Positions 1 to 10,219 of a stretch of DNA of 64,000 bases are shown piece after piece (the first letter of the stretch is position 1; every line of letters begins with the position of its first letter). The stretch comes from Candidatus Woesearchaeota archaeon. GTDB lineage: Archaea; Nanobdellota; Nanobdellia; Woesearchaeales; ARS49. The position numbers and the translations under genes were made by a program. The stretch covers positions 16,637-80,636 of the forward strand of contig JAWCLR010000001.1 in NCBI GenBank assembly GCA_038850615.1, in the 5' to 3' direction. The notes beneath the pieces were generated by a model that was not told where the DNA came from, did not search any database, and saw only the letters and a list, made by a program, of their open reading frames with translations.

Positions 1-1344
1 GATTTCCTTGACGATTTCTGGATAGTGTGCTATGGCTTCTTTTGCTTCTGACGTGAAAGGCGGCCAGACTGATGCCAAATGGACAATAATGGTCAATGGT
101 CCTATTGGTGGTGAGCCTGTGCTTTGTTGCATTCCGTAAGGCTTCCAGTTTGTTTGTAGGATGCTTTTGAATGCTGCGCATGCTGATTGTTGGTATAAGA
201 GCGGGACCCTGTTTGCAAACCTCAGGATTCTTGCAGGCTCTTCCTTTGGTTGCTGACCTCCATATGCAAGCGCAACTTCAACGACGAAGGGGATTCCGCG
301 GTAAACTTCCGGAGGCCTTGTGACTGCTGTGTAGAATTCTGCAGCAACTTCTTTTCTGAGCCCTTTTTCAAGAAGTTCTTCGCCTATTGGGACTATGCAG
401 TCTGTTGGTGGCGCGATTATTTTTGTTTTTTTGATTCCTTCCATTAATTTTTCTATGTGGGCAAGCTCGAGTTCCCTAGGCTTCATGTCTGGTGTGAGTC
501 CTGCGTTTGCGCAGATTTCTTTTGCTGTCTGGCTTCCGACCCTTGAGAATTCGTTCATGAGAAATGACTGCAGTGTTCTTGATTCTGTTGAACGAATCAT
601 TTTGAGCATTATTCCGAGTTCAACGCCATATGGGTGGGGCTTGATTTCCTGGGGCTCCCTTGGCAGTTTGTCTGTTGCTCTTGGGAATATGACTTGTTCT
701 GCTTTTGGGTTTGTGTAAATTATTGTTGCGTGGGGGTTGACGATTGCTGTTTCCTTTAAGTAACTGTCTACGCTTTGGTCTCCTTTTTGGTAGCTTGCCT
801 CAATGTCCAGCTCGACTTTTGTGCCGTGGTCTTTTTTCCATTCAACTTCGTGTTCCTTGACTATGTGGGGCTCGTTTGTTTTCGTGTCAAGATGCAGTTC
901 CATGTGGTGTGCTGGATGCTTTGGGTCTATTCTTGTTGTTATTCTTGCAGGCCTGCCTGTTGTCAATTGCGCGTAAAGTACTGCTGCTGAAATGCCTATT
1001 CCCTGCTGGCCCCTGCCTTGTTTCATTGTGTGGAATTTTGAGCCATAAAGAAGCTTTGCGAACACGTTTGCAATCTGCTTTTTGACTATTCCGGGTCCGT
1101 TGTCCTCAACAATTATTCTGAACCTGTCGTTTCCCATTTCGATTATTTGCACAGAAACCTCTGGCAGTATTCTTGCTTCCTCGCAGGCATCAAGGGAGTT
1201 GTCAACTGCTTCCTTTACTACGGTTAGGAGGGCTTTTCTTTTGTTGTCAAAGCCGAGCAGGTGCCTGTTTCTTTCAAAGAATTCCGCGACTGAGACTGCT
1301 TTTTGCTTCTCTGCAAGTTTTTCTGCAATTGGCCTGTCTGCCAT
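1..1344 (-). CDS. top6B: DNA topoisomerase VI subunit B (N-terminal part; C-terminus lies off the left edge)
   Basis: Reverse-strand translation from the ATG at 1342-1344 reads [33 protein letters not shown]...[16 protein letters not shown]...EDNGPGI...[11 protein letters not shown]...[21 protein letters not shown], the GHKL/Bergerat ATPase motifs of Top6B. The start overlaps the stop of the upstream KH gene (TAATG). This gene is not in the ORF track because its stop lies outside the window. Confidence 0.8.
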   Translation of the reverse strand, partial: MADRPIAEKLAEKQKAVSVAEFFERNRHLLGFDNKRKALLTVVKEAVDNSLDACEEARILPEVSVQIIEMGNDRFRIIVEDNGPGIVKKQIANVFAKLLYGSKFHTMKQGRGQQGIGISAAVLYAQLTTGRPARITTRIDPKHPAHHMELHLDTKTNEPHIVKEHEVEWKKDHGTKVELDIEASYQKGDQSVDSYLKETAIVNPHATIIYTNPKAEQVIFPRATDKLPREPQEIKPHPYGVELGIMLKMIRSTESRTLQSFLMNEFSRVGSQTAKEICANAGLTPDMKPRELELAHIEKLMEGIKKTKIIAPPTDCIVPIGEELLEKGLRKEVAAEFYTAVTRPPEVYRGIPFVVEVALAYGGQQPKEEPARILRFANRVPLLYQQSACAAFKSILQTNWKPYGMQQSTGSPPIGPLTIIVHLASVWPPFTSEAKEAIAHYPEIVKEI

Positions 1345-1910
1345 TACTGCTCACCCGTCATTTCTGCAAGTCGCATTTCTTTTCTTTTTCTTTCAAGGAA
1401 CTTGTATACTGTTCCGTGTTTTCTGCCTGAAAGCAATGCCTCAATTGCCTTTCTGGCGTTTGGGATTCCTTCCAGCCTGCCGATGATTCCTATCGTTTTC
1501 CCGTAAACGCTGATGTTCGTGAATGTCAAAGCCTCTATCGTTCTCCTGCTTTTTCCACCCTCGCCAATGACTCTTCCGCGAAGCCTTTGGAGCTCTTTGG
1601 GAGTGCTTGCGTAATCGCTCAGGTTGATGAATTCAATGCCATAATCCTGCTTGAGCAATTGCATTGCGATTTCTGGATTAAAGCCGCGCCCTATCGCCTT
1701 GATTATTTCCCTGCAACTGTATAACAATAGTGCGTCCTTGCCGGTTATGCTCACGTCACCCTCGTCCGAATCGACTTTTATCTTTGTCTTTGTGACGTGT
1801 TCCAGCTGTTTTTTTTGTTCGCCTTTCTTTCCTATGAGCACAGCGACCCTTTCCTTGGGTATTTTCAGCTCATAAGCAAATTCTTCAACTTCTTGGGAGG
1901 TCATAATCAT
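1344..1910 (-). CDS. KH-domain RNA-binding protein (archaeal Dim2/Pno1-like)
   Basis: 188 aa with two KH-like GXXG loops (IGKKGEQ, IGEGGKS). Adjacent to the Rio kinase gene as in many archaea. Confidence 0.7.
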   Translation of the reverse strand: MIMTSQEVEEFAYELKIPKERVAVLIGKKGEQKKQLEHVTKTKIKVDSDEGDVSITGKDALLLYSCREIIKAIGRGFNPEIAMQLLKQDYGIEFINLSDYASTPKELQRLRGRVIGEGGKSRRTIEALTFTNISVYGKTIGIIGRLEGIPNARKAIEALLSGRKHGTVYKFLERKRKEMRLAEMTGEQ

Positions 1911-1944
1911 TATACGATTTTTGTGTTGGGAACGTGGTTTGTTT

Positions 1945-2676
1945 TTAAACTTTGCGAATTGGCTTTTTTCCTGTTATTTGCTGCTTTACTATTGTCTCGT
2001 CTGCATTTATTCCTAACTTCCTGAAAAATGTGCAGATGTTCTTTATGTCGCGGTTGAGGTATTCTTTTGCGTTTGGGTTTTCCAGTGTTGTTGCCTGGCT
2101 CATGTCAATAAATACGGGCTCTTCGTTGTAATTTAGAATGTTGAACTGGCTTAAGTCTGTGTGTACCATTCCTGCCTTGTATAATTTCTGCATTCCGCTG
2201 ACAATCTTTTCAAAGAAATTTTTGGGATTCTCTGGAATCAGGTCTTTTACTCGTGGTGCTGGGATTCCCTCATCGCCAATAAACTCCATCACTAACACGT
2301 TATTCAGTACTGCGCGTGGTGTTGGCACTCTTACCCCTGCTTCGCGGGCTTTTAGTAGGTTCCTGTATTCGCGCTTTGCCCACAATACAACAACCTTTCT
2401 GCGGTTCTTGTCCAGTCCTGAAAACCGCGGGTCTGCCCTGAGGTAATCGTACATTTTGTTGAAGTCGCAGGTTGCTATCCTGTAAATCTTGACCATTACT
2501 CTCTCGCCTTGTGCCAATGCCGAGAATATGTTGGCCTCTTTTCCAATGCTGACAGGGCTCTCCAACCCATCCAGTTGCCCTTTGGAAATCAGCTTGAGAA
2601 TCGTCACATTAGTGAAATTGTCAAATACGTCCTTGAATGTCTTCTTTATGTCTTCAGGATGCCTTATGCGCGCCAT
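1945..2676 (-). CDS. rio1: RIO-type serine/threonine protein kinase (Rio1-like)
   Basis: 243 aa, atypical kinase. Has the ...VVLWAKREYRNL... and ...VHTDLSQFNIL... catalytic loop typical of RIO kinases. Confidence 0.8.
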   Translation of the reverse strand: MARIRHPEDIKKTFKDVFDNFTNVTILKLISKGQLDGLESPVSIGKEANIFSALAQGERVMVKIYRIATCDFNKMYDYLRADPRFSGLDKNRRKVVVLWAKREYRNLLKAREAGVRVPTPRAVLNNVLVMEFIGDEGIPAPRVKDLIPENPKNFFEKIVSGMQKLYKAGMVHTDLSQFNILNYNEEPVFIDMSQATTLENPNAKEYLNRDIKNICTFFRKLGINADETIVKQQITGKKPIRKV

Positions 2677-3077
2677 TAACCCCCCACAAGATTATTTTGT
2701 TTTTATACCTATCTTTGATTTTCTTTATAAACCAAATACGAACCTTTATATAGACCTGTAACATATAGTTTGGACAGGTTAAAAGGCCGCAATTATGGCC
2801 CGTTGCCGAGAGAACCCTGTGGAGCTGACGGAAAACCAAGCAATGAGCTCAGGGGGTTAGCGGCGTGGCTACAGGCCTTTTAACAAAGTCAAGATAACCA
2901 AACAGAGACTGAAAAGAACCAATCATCATCATTTGTTCACTTTCCTTCGGTTTGAGGAAGGAATAAGCCGGAAAATAACCAAAAGAAGTCCCAAAGGATG
3001 CTTTTAGTCATTTCTGGCCGGACTGGTTCTTTTTAGCCTTTTGATAACACAATGGGGAATAATATGGAGGGTTTAAA

Positions 3078-4382
3078 ATGGGAAAAATCAGTCCTGTTTC
3101 ATCTAAGTATATTATCAACGCAAGCATTGAAATCGAAGGGGTTGTTGACAGGCCGGATGTCATTGGCGCGGTCTTTGGCCAGACAGAAGGCCTCTTGGGC
3201 GCAGACCTTGAGCTCAGGGAGCTTCAGCGCTCAGGCCGTATAGGCCGTATCGAGGTTAATACAGAAACGCGTGGCGGGAAGACGCAGGGAAGCATAATCA
3301 TACCATCTTCTTTGGACAAGGCAGAAACTGCAATTGTTGCTGCTGCTTTGGAAATCATACAGCGAATAGGTCCGTGCAATGCAAAGCTAAAGGTCACAAA
3401 CATTGAGGATGTCAGGATTAGCAAGAGGAACTTTGTCATTGAGCGCGCAAAGGAATTGCTCAGGACAATGGTTGACAGTGTGATGCCTGACTCGCAGGAG
3501 CTTGCAGAGGAGGTCGCGCACTCTGTTAGGATTATGGAAATCACTGAGTACGGCAGGGACAGGTGTCCTGCAGGTCCTGGAATTGATGAGGCAGATGAGG
3601 TTATTGTTGTTGAGGGCAGGGCAGACGTGCTTAACCTGTTGAAGAACGGTTTCAAGAACGTCATTGCAATGAACGGCACTCAGGTTCCGCAGACAATAAT
3701 TGACTTGAGCAGGAAGAAGGACATTGTTGTCTTTCTTGACGGCGACAGGGGCGGGAACCTCATTCTCAAGGAGTTGATGAACATTGCAGAGATTGACTTT
3801 GTTGCAAGGGCTCCTGATGGAAAGGAAGTTGAGGAGCTTGCAAAGAAGGAAATTCACAAGGCATTGAGAAGCAGAATAACGATAGAGCAGGCAAAGCTTG
3901 AACTGGCTGCGAATGATACCTCGCAGAGCATTCGCAGACCTATGTTGCGCGAGAGCACGTTGAGGATGCAGCCGGCTCCTGTCAGGGTTGTGCAACCCCA
4001 AAGGATTCAGCCATTTGCCAGCAGGTCAGCCTCTGCCGAGCCTGAGCTTAAGCGGGTTATGCCTGTTGGGCCTGTGATGCAGGGAAAGCAACTGAACCCT
4101 GAGGAAAAGAAGCGCTTTAGCAGCATGCTTGAGAACCTCATCGGCACTCGCGGCGCTTATTTACTTGACAACAAGATGAACGTGCTTGGCAAGGTTCCTT
4201 TTACGGAGCTTGGAAGCACTCTCAAGACCCTTAATTCGGGAGTTTATGCCATTGTCTTTGACGGTTCTGCTGACAAGGAAATCACTGACATAGCAGAAAG
4301 GGCAGGCGTCAAGCATATCATCGCAATGGACAGCAAGGTCAACGGCACTGCAGTAAACGTGGTTACTGCAGCTGAATTGTAA
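3078..4382 (+). CDS. dnaG: archaeal DnaG-like primase / exosome-associated TOPRIM protein
   Basis: 434 aa. N-terminus MGKISPVSSKYIINASIEIEGVVDRPDVIGAVFGQTEGLLG is characteristic of archaeal DnaG. TOPRIM acidic motifs present (VVEGRADV, FLDGDRGG). Confidence 0.85.
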   Translation: MGKISPVSSKYIINASIEIEGVVDRPDVIGAVFGQTEGLLGADLELRELQRSGRIGRIEVNTETRGGKTQGSIIIPSSLDKAETAIVAAALEIIQRIGPCNAKLKVTNIEDVRISKRNFVIERAKELLRTMVDSVMPDSQELAEEVAHSVRIMEITEYGRDRCPAGPGIDEADEVIVVEGRADVLNLLKNGFKNVIAMNGTQVPQTIIDLSRKKDIVVFLDGDRGGNLILKELMNIAEIDFVARAPDGKEVEELAKKEIHKALRSRITIEQAKLELAANDTSQSIRRPMLRESTLRMQPAPVRVVQPQRIQPFASRSASAEPELKRVMPVGPVMQGKQLNPEEKKRFSSMLENLIGTRGAYLLDNKMNVLGKVPFTELGSTLKTLNSGVYAIVFDGSADKEITDIAERAGVKHIIAMDSKVNGTAVNVVTAAEL

Positions 4383-4391
4383 TGGTGAATA

Positions 4392-4775
4392 ATGTTGGAA
4401 AACATTGTCAAGCAATTGGTAGAACTTGCAAAAGCAGAAAAATGGGATGAAGTTGACGCCAAAATCCCAAAAGTCTGCAATGACAGTGTAGTGATTCGCT
4501 GGGCATACACGCAGGGATTGTACGATTGTGACGATGCAAATGTTCGTGATTTGGCCGCCAGCATTCTTGAAAAGGCAGACTGGCCTAAAATGCTGGATAA
4601 GATAATCCGTCGCAATCTTTTGGGTGCTTTCAGAACAGAGAAGCACACATATGCTAGGTTCAGGATGGCTTGCGCTCTCTACGGTCACAAATGCAAGACT
4701 GGCCCTGTAAAGGCAGCCATTGAGGAAGCCCCAAAAGATGTTCAGAAAATCGCACAGAAATACCTGAAGCGCTGA
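4392..4775 (+). CDS. hypothetical helical protein, possible HEAT-like repeats
   Basis: 127-aa ORF starting 10 nt after the dnaG stop. An oligo-T tract follows the stop. Confidence 0.5.
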   Translation: MLENIVKQLVELAKAEKWDEVDAKIPKVCNDSVVIRWAYTQGLYDCDDANVRDLAASILEKADWPKMLDKIIRRNLLGAFRTEKHTYARFRMACALYGHKCKTGPVKAAIEEAPKDVQKIAQKYLKR

Positions 4776-4816
4776 CAAATGCAAACATTTTTATTCTTCT
4801 TCTTTTTTTATTTTAT

Positions 4817-5257
4817 ATGCACCAATACAGAATCCTTGTAGAGATAAGCAATCCGAAACTCCTTCTAAACGGCGATGAATCATCCGGTCTTCGGCAAGGG
4901 GTCAAAGGCGGTCTTGGACTGATTGATTTGCAGTTGCCTTGCAAGGAACTCCTAATTCGCAATTATGACGGGCAGTTTGCTGCTTTCCCTATTAAAACAA
5001 TTAAGGCAGCGAATCCTGAATGTTACGACATTGTTTACAGGATTAGTGACAGAACAGATTGTGTTGAGTCTGCGCTAAAGGAATCAAAAAATGTTGTGGG
5101 AATACTTGTTGAGAATCAAGAAAATGCTTGTTTAGAGGCAATCACAAAATTGAAGGAATCTTATCAAGACAGGGTGATTTGCGCAAAGGACTTTCTCGAA
5201 GCGGCAGTCAAGCTTGTCTGTGATTATGAGCTTAACAAAGACAGAAGAGTGGCATAA
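4817..5257 (+). CDS. hypothetical protein
   Basis: 146-aa ORF between the small helical protein and the HerA-like ATPase, same strand with short spacers. Confidence 0.45.
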   Translation: MHQYRILVEISNPKLLLNGDESSGLRQGVKGGLGLIDLQLPCKELLIRNYDGQFAAFPIKTIKAANPECYDIVYRISDRTDCVESALKESKNVVGILVENQENACLEAITKLKESYQDRVICAKDFLEAAVKLVCDYELNKDRRVA

Positions 5258-5299
5258 ACCTTTTTATACTCATCAACCACATTTCTTGTTGAAAAGAGG

Positions 5300-6640
5300 A
5301 TGGCATACGAAATAATTCTTGGAAGGGAGGAAGCTGAAAGGGAGAAGTTCGGAATCCTTGGCACAATACTCCTTGGCAAGCATTACGTGCAGATGGGGCA
5401 GACAACCGCTTTAGCGCAAAACATTTACCTTGACCTCAACAGGGCGCACGTTGTTTTCGTCTGCGGAAAACGAGGTTCAGGAAAGTCATACTCCCTCGGA
5501 GTCATTGCCGAAGGAATAGCAACAATGCCTGAGGAACAACGCTCCCGCCTTGCAGTCATCCTTCTCGACACAATGGGTATTTATTGGACAATGAAGTATC
5601 CCAATCACAAGGACGAGCATTTGCTCCACCAGTGGGGTATTGAAGGTAGGGGAATTCCTGTAAGAATATTCACCCCAACAGGTTTTTTCAAGAAATACAA
5701 GTCAGAAGGCATTCCCACGGATGTTCCTTTCTCAATCAGGCCTTACGAGCTCACGCCAGAGGACTGGAACCTGACTTTTGACATACACCCGGATGACCCA
5801 CTTGCTGTTTTCATAGCAAGAATAATACTCACGCTGAAAAAGGAACGCGATGATTATGACATTGAAGATATCCTTCAGGCAATAGAAGCAGACCCAAGAG
5901 AGGATGAGCATGTTAAGAATGCCGCAATCAACCGTTTCCGGAGTGTTGAGCAATGGGGCGTTTTTTCAAGGGAGGCAACGCCGCTTAAAGAAATAGTCAG
6001 GGGAGGTCAGATAACCATTCTTGATTTAAGCCCTTATGCCGTAATGCCCAACGGCTGGAAGATAAAGCATTTGGTTATTGGTCTTGTGGCTGAGAAGCTG
6101 TTCATGGAGCGCATGGTTGTCAGGAAGAATGAGGAATTTCAGAGCATTCATTCTGCAATACATTATTTGCTAACGCAGGAAGAAGAGGAAGAGGAAAAGC
6201 TAAGGTCAAGGGAGATGCCTATCGTCTGGGTAATGATTGACGAGGCGCACGAATTCCTGCCTGCGGAGGGCAAGACCGCCGCAACTGACGCCCTCATAAC
6301 GCTTCTGAGGGAGGGTCGCCAACCTGGAATCGCTCTTGTGCTCTCAACCCAGCAACCTGGCAAGATCCATACTGATGCGATGACGCAGTCTGACATTGTA
6401 CTTGCCCATCGCCTGACTGCAAAAGTTGACACTGACGCCCTTGGAAGTATAATCCAGAGCTATTTGAGGGGCAGTTTGGACAAGGAGCTCTCATTGCTTC
6501 CAAGGGTTGCTGGCGCGTGCATTGCTGTTGATGATGTTAATGAAAGAATGTATCCCATGCAAGTGCGGCCTAGGTTCAGTTGGCACGGAGGCGGGGCGCC
6601 TAAGATAGTTGAAGAAAAAAAGAAAGCGCTGGAATTCTAA
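5300..6640 (+). CDS. HerA/FtsK-superfamily P-loop ATPase (DUF87/COG0433-like)
   Basis: 446 aa. Walker A VVFVCGKRGSGKSY. Walker B with DEAH-like IVWVMIDEAHEF. Arginine-finger-like region LSTQQPGKIH. Confidence 0.7.
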   Translation: MAYEIILGREEAEREKFGILGTILLGKHYVQMGQTTALAQNIYLDLNRAHVVFVCGKRGSGKSYSLGVIAEGIATMPEEQRSRLAVILLDTMGIYWTMKYPNHKDEHLLHQWGIEGRGIPVRIFTPTGFFKKYKSEGIPTDVPFSIRPYELTPEDWNLTFDIHPDDPLAVFIARIILTLKKERDDYDIEDILQAIEADPREDEHVKNAAINRFRSVEQWGVFSREATPLKEIVRGGQITILDLSPYAVMPNGWKIKHLVIGLVAEKLFMERMVVRKNEEFQSIHSAIHYLLTQEEEEEEKLRSREMPIVWVMIDEAHEFLPAEGKTAATDALITLLREGRQPGIALVLSTQQPGKIHTDAMTQSDIVLAHRLTAKVDTDALGSIIQSYLRGSLDKELSLLPRVAGACIAVDDVNERMYPMQVRPRFSWHGGGAPKIVEEKKKALEF

Positions 6641-6655
6641 TAAAAAAATTCTGCC

Positions 6656-7399
6656 TTAAATGGCAGGCGGAGTGACATCCTTATCAGTGAGCGTGTTGAA
6701 CTGCAAATCATTGAACTTGTAGTTCAATTCTGGCCCTGATGAAGGCACAATTCTTACCGCTCTCGGGATTCCGTACGTGTCATCAATCCACATCTGGACG
6801 AGCTTTCCGCCCTCTTCATACTCTATCTTGGTCACTGTTCGTTCGTCATAGAGTTCAGGACCCAGTATTGTCGCTGTGGGCGGAACCGACTTCACGAACT
6901 CGTACGGGGTTTTGGTCAGGTACTTGTTGTAATCAAGGTCTGTCCATGTCTTTTTTGTGTTGTCTCCCTGCGGCCAGATGCATCTGCGCTTGTTTTCGCA
7001 CCTTCCCACGGCGGTTTTTGTCGCGGTGTCAAGATAGACTGTGTCAAAATAAGTCTCCGGAATGTAAGGCTCATACTCGTAGAGCTTTATCTTTACTTTT
7101 GTGCCCTTGACATAGAACTTATCAGGCTGCTGTTTTGTCGGAATTATGAGCTCAAGGTAGCTGTAACTCTTGACCTTCTGGTCAGCCTTGGCGAGCAATT
7201 CCTGAAGTTCTTTTGCGACTGTAGGAACTGGCTTTGCCTCCACTGGTTTTGGTCCTGGCGGCACAGGCGTTGCTGGCTGTGCAACAGGTGGAGTGGCCGG
7301 AGTAGCCGATGGCGCTGGTGGAACAGGCTGTGCAGGAGTGCACGAAATCATCATTAGTACAACAAATGCTACAACAAGCGCAGTGTGCTTCATAACCAA
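6656..7399 (-). CDS. secreted or lipoprotein-like protein with Pro/Ala/Thr-rich linker
   Basis: N-terminal signal peptide MVMKHTALVVAFVVLMMISC, then the linker PVPPAPSATPATPPVAQPATPVPPGPKP, then a globular domain. Confidence 0.6.
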   Translation of the reverse strand: MVMKHTALVVAFVVLMMISCTPAQPVPPAPSATPATPPVAQPATPVPPGPKPVEAKPVPTVAKELQELLAKADQKVKSYSYLELIIPTKQQPDKFYVKGTKVKIKLYEYEPYIPETYFDTVYLDTATKTAVGRCENKRRCIWPQGDNTKKTWTDLDYNKYLTKTPYEFVKSVPPTATILGPELYDERTVTKIEYEEGGKLVQMWIDDTYGIPRAVRIVPSSGPELNYKFNDLQFNTLTDKDVTPPAI

Positions 7400-7413
7400 T
7401 CACCAAAGTGTTT

Positions 7414-7686
7414 TTATTTTATGGGCCTTGCACCAAGTTGTGCATCAGGCGACGCGCGGCTCATTGATATCATTGAAGCAAGGAACATGCACGCGAACAC
7501 TACGGCAAACGCGACTGCCATCGGAACAGAGAATTTCTGGACATAAAGCAATGATATGAAGAATCCCACTATGCTGGTAACCATAAAGCCGGCGCTGAGC
7601 GGAGCCCATTTTCTGGCGGGTGGGGGCAGTTCTGCGGGAATGTCCTTCCTGACAGGCCCGTGCCTGTGATCACCCTTTCTTGCCAT
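7414..7686 (-). CDS. small membrane protein
   Basis: 90 aa with two predicted transmembrane helices. Confidence 0.4.
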   Translation of the reverse strand: MARKGDHRHGPVRKDIPAELPPPARKWAPLSAGFMVTSIVGFFISLLYVQKFSVPMAVAFAVVFACMFLASMISMSRASPDAQLGARPIK

Positions 7687-7728
7687 ACGCCTGCCGTTCT
7701 CCTCTCGGATTATATAAATGTTTCTGCA

Positions 7729-8820
7729 CTAGCTGAATTTGATGAACTTGATGTTTTTGACTTGCTTCCGAGCATCTTCTAGCCTTTCGGTAAAGTATTC
7801 CATAAATGCCGTCATTTTTTCGCATGCTATCTTCTTCAGCTCTCCTGAAAGCATCTGGCCTGTCTTGTACTGCTGGTAAATCATGTCAAGCCTGTTGTCA
7901 TTTTCTATCAAATGCATCTTCAGGAGCTCGAAAACCATATCCTTTTCAACCTCTGCGCCAAGCCTGCGCTGCTCTTCTGCGGTCTTTCTTCCTCCTGTGA
8001 CTGCCTTCTGGATTTTTCTGCAGACGTCCTTTGGGTCCTCAGGGAGTTCTATGCAGCTTCCTGGCCTGCTCTTGCTCATTTTAAGCGAGCCGTCAAGCGA
8101 TGGAGTGAACTTGTGATAGATGCCTGCTGGAGGAATCATGTTGTGCATTTTTCCAGAGCGCGCAACAACATCTCTCGTTAGCCTTATGTGTGGGTCTTGG
8201 TCAATCCCGACAGGAATCACCCCAGGCATTTTTTCCTCCAGCTGGGGGAAAAGAATGTCTCCAACCTGCGTGACAGCAGCCATTATCCTTGACGGGTCTG
8301 CAGTGCCGTAAACAGCCCTGAACTCATTGAGCGTTATCTTCTGGGCTGCTTCGTAAGCTAGATGTATGACGTCCTTGTTCTCGCTCTGAAAGTAAAAGGT
8401 TGTCTTCTTTGGGTCAAGCCCTAACGCAATATATGCAGGAATGTGGAATTCAAGCGCCCTCTTCCGAGCAAGTTCTAGGGAAACCCCCCTTGTCGTGGCT
8501 GCCTCAAGGTCTGCAACAAGTACATACGTCTTTGCGCCGTGATCCTGAAAATAGCGCATCATTTCCACAACCATCTTCGTGCCCAGATGCACCTTGTCTG
8601 CAGTCGGCATTATTCCAGTAAGGGCATAGTATGGCTTCTTTTTACTGATGCAGTCAGCAATAACCTTTTGGTCGCGCGCTGCAAAGACTATCATCCTGCG
8701 CATCAGCCTATTAGGTTCAGGAAACAATGAGGGATCAAACACTTCAAGCCCGAACTGCTTCACGATTTTCTCGTATTCCGCAGGAAGCTCTGCACCCCAC
8801 GGGTCTATTATGAGCGCCAT
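7729..8820 (-). CDS. trpS: tryptophanyl-tRNA synthetase (archaeal/eukaryotic type)
   Basis: 363 aa. N-terminal DPWG. HLGT in the HIGH position. KMSKS motif exact. GIDQDPHIRLTRD and the TGGRKT...EEQRRLG region match archaeal TrpRS. Confidence 0.85.
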   Translation of the reverse strand: MALIIDPWGAELPAEYEKIVKQFGLEVFDPSLFPEPNRLMRRMIVFAARDQKVIADCISKKKPYYALTGIMPTADKVHLGTKMVVEMMRYFQDHGAKTYVLVADLEAATTRGVSLELARKRALEFHIPAYIALGLDPKKTTFYFQSENKDVIHLAYEAAQKITLNEFRAVYGTADPSRIMAAVTQVGDILFPQLEEKMPGVIPVGIDQDPHIRLTRDVVARSGKMHNMIPPAGIYHKFTPSLDGSLKMSKSRPGSCIELPEDPKDVCRKIQKAVTGGRKTAEEQRRLGAEVEKDMVFELLKMHLIENDNRLDMIYQQYKTGQMLSGELKKIACEKMTAFMEYFTERLEDARKQVKNIKFIKFS

Positions 8821-8835
8821 AATGCCTTGCTTTGG

Positions 8836-9294
8836 CTATTCTGTTTTAAAAACTTTCTCCACAAGGGCGAGTGCGGCATCTCTTGTTGCTGGAAATGCTG
8901 CAACGGCCATTTTCACGTGATAGCACCAGCCAGAATCTGTGATGAAAAGGTGCCTGTCAGAAAGCCATTTACCCTTGTCAAAGCGTATGAAGAAGTGCAG
9001 GTCTGAGTCAAGCCTTGATTCCCTCTGCCTCAATAAAAGCTCTTTTTGCTCTTTTGTTAACCTATTTAACAATGCTTTGAGAAATGCGTTTGTATGGGCT
9101 TCCTTTGAAAGCGTGATGGTGAATATCTTTATCTGCTGCTCGTTGAATCCTTGGGCGGTTTCTTCTTTTACCTCAATTTTTTCCTTTGGAAGGTTTAACG
9201 GCACAAGCTCGATAAGCCCTTGTTTTACAGTGGAAACATCTTCTTCTGATGGTTTTGCAAAGACAGAAAGCACCACATTATTCAGGTACTTCAT
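8836..9294 (-). CDS. UPF0201/DUF54-like predicted RNA-binding protein
   Basis: Best start is MKYLNNVVLSVFAKPSEEDVSTVKQGL (internal Met of the 199-aa ORF). The ..V.V.A...P.ED.E.V pattern is typical of archaeal UPF0201. Confidence 0.45.
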   Translation of the reverse strand: MKYLNNVVLSVFAKPSEEDVSTVKQGLIELVPLNLPKEKIEVKEETAQGFNEQQIKIFTITLSKEAHTNAFLKALLNRLTKEQKELLLRQRESRLDSDLHFFIRFDKGKWLSDRHLFITDSGWCYHVKMAVAAFPATRDAALALVEKVFKTE

Positions 9295-9346
9295 ACTCGT
9301 ACTGGAAAACAAAGACTTTATATAAGCTTTCACTGCCGAAAAGGGC

Positions 9347-10219
9347 ATGAAGCACAATTGGCCTGTTACAATCCTTCTCGTGGGCTTGTTTTTGCTCGCG
9401 CAGGTAATAGGGCTTTTCATAATAAACTCATACATCGATGTCCAGAAGTCCGCAGAAACAGGCAGGGTTGAGTGGAAGCCGCTTCCTGCAGTGGCAGGGT
9501 TTGCTATGGAGCGCCCTGAAGCAGCTCCGGGAATCTCGGTTTTTTACATCCTGCTGGCGTTGCTGATTGGCACCATCCTGATACTGCTTATAATCAGGAT
9601 GCAAAAGGTGATTTTGTGGAAAATATGGTTCTGGCTTGCTGTTGTGCTGTGTTTGCACATTGCTTTTGCAGCGTTCATGCCTGTCGGCTGGGCTCTTTTG
9701 TTTGCGCTTGTGCTTGGCTCACTGAAGATTTTCAGGCCAGGCATCCTCGTGCACAATGCCACTGAACTTTTCATTTACGGCGGGCTTGCTGTCATCTTTG
9801 TGCCATTGCTTACCCCTCCGACAGCAATTATCCTACTATTGCTGATTTCATGCTACGACATGTATGCTGTTTGGCGCTCACAGCACATGGCAAAAATGGC
9901 GCAGTTCCAGGCAAAAAGCGGCATTTTTGCAGGATTGTTGCTCCCTTATGCACCAAAAAAGATTGTGCTTAAGGTGCCGAAAAAGCAAGGTGTGCTCAAA
10001 ACAGCAATTCTTGGCGGAGGCGACATAGGGTTCACATTGATTTTTGCAGGCGTCGTAATGAAAACGTTTGGCTTGCAACAGGCAGCCGTCATCGCGCTCG
10101 GCGCAGCGATTGCGCTTTTTGCGCTTTTGTTTTTCGGCCAGAAAAAAAGGTTTTATCCTGCAATGCCTTTCTTGACAGCAGGATGCCTCATCTGCTATGC
10201 TATTGTTTGCCTGCTGTGA
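9347..10219 (+). CDS. presenilin / signal-peptide-peptidase family (A22) intramembrane aspartyl protease homolog
   Basis: 290 aa, multi-pass. YD motif (ISCYDMYAV), GxGD motif (LGGGDIGF) and PAL-like YPAMPF near the C-terminus. TATA-like CTTTATATAAGC upstream. Confidence 0.65.
   Translation: MKHNWPVTILLVGLFLLAQVIGLFIINSYIDVQKSAETGRVEWKPLPAVAGFAMERPEAAPGISVFYILLALLIGTILILLIIRMQKVILWKIWFWLAVVLCLHIAFAAFMPVGWALLFALVLGSLKIFRPGILVHNATELFIYGGLAVIFVPLLTPPTAIILLLLISCYDMYAVWRSQHMAKMAQFQAKSGIFAGLLLPYAPKKIVLKVPKKQGVLKTAILGGGDIGFTLIFAGVVMKTFGLQQAAVIALGAAIALFALLFFGQKKRFYPAMPFLTAGCLICYAIVCLL

Noticed and set aside
2654-2839. 61-aa minus ORF overlapping the rio1 start
   Set aside because: Overlaps the Rio kinase N-terminus and promoter. 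Its sequence is not protein-like.
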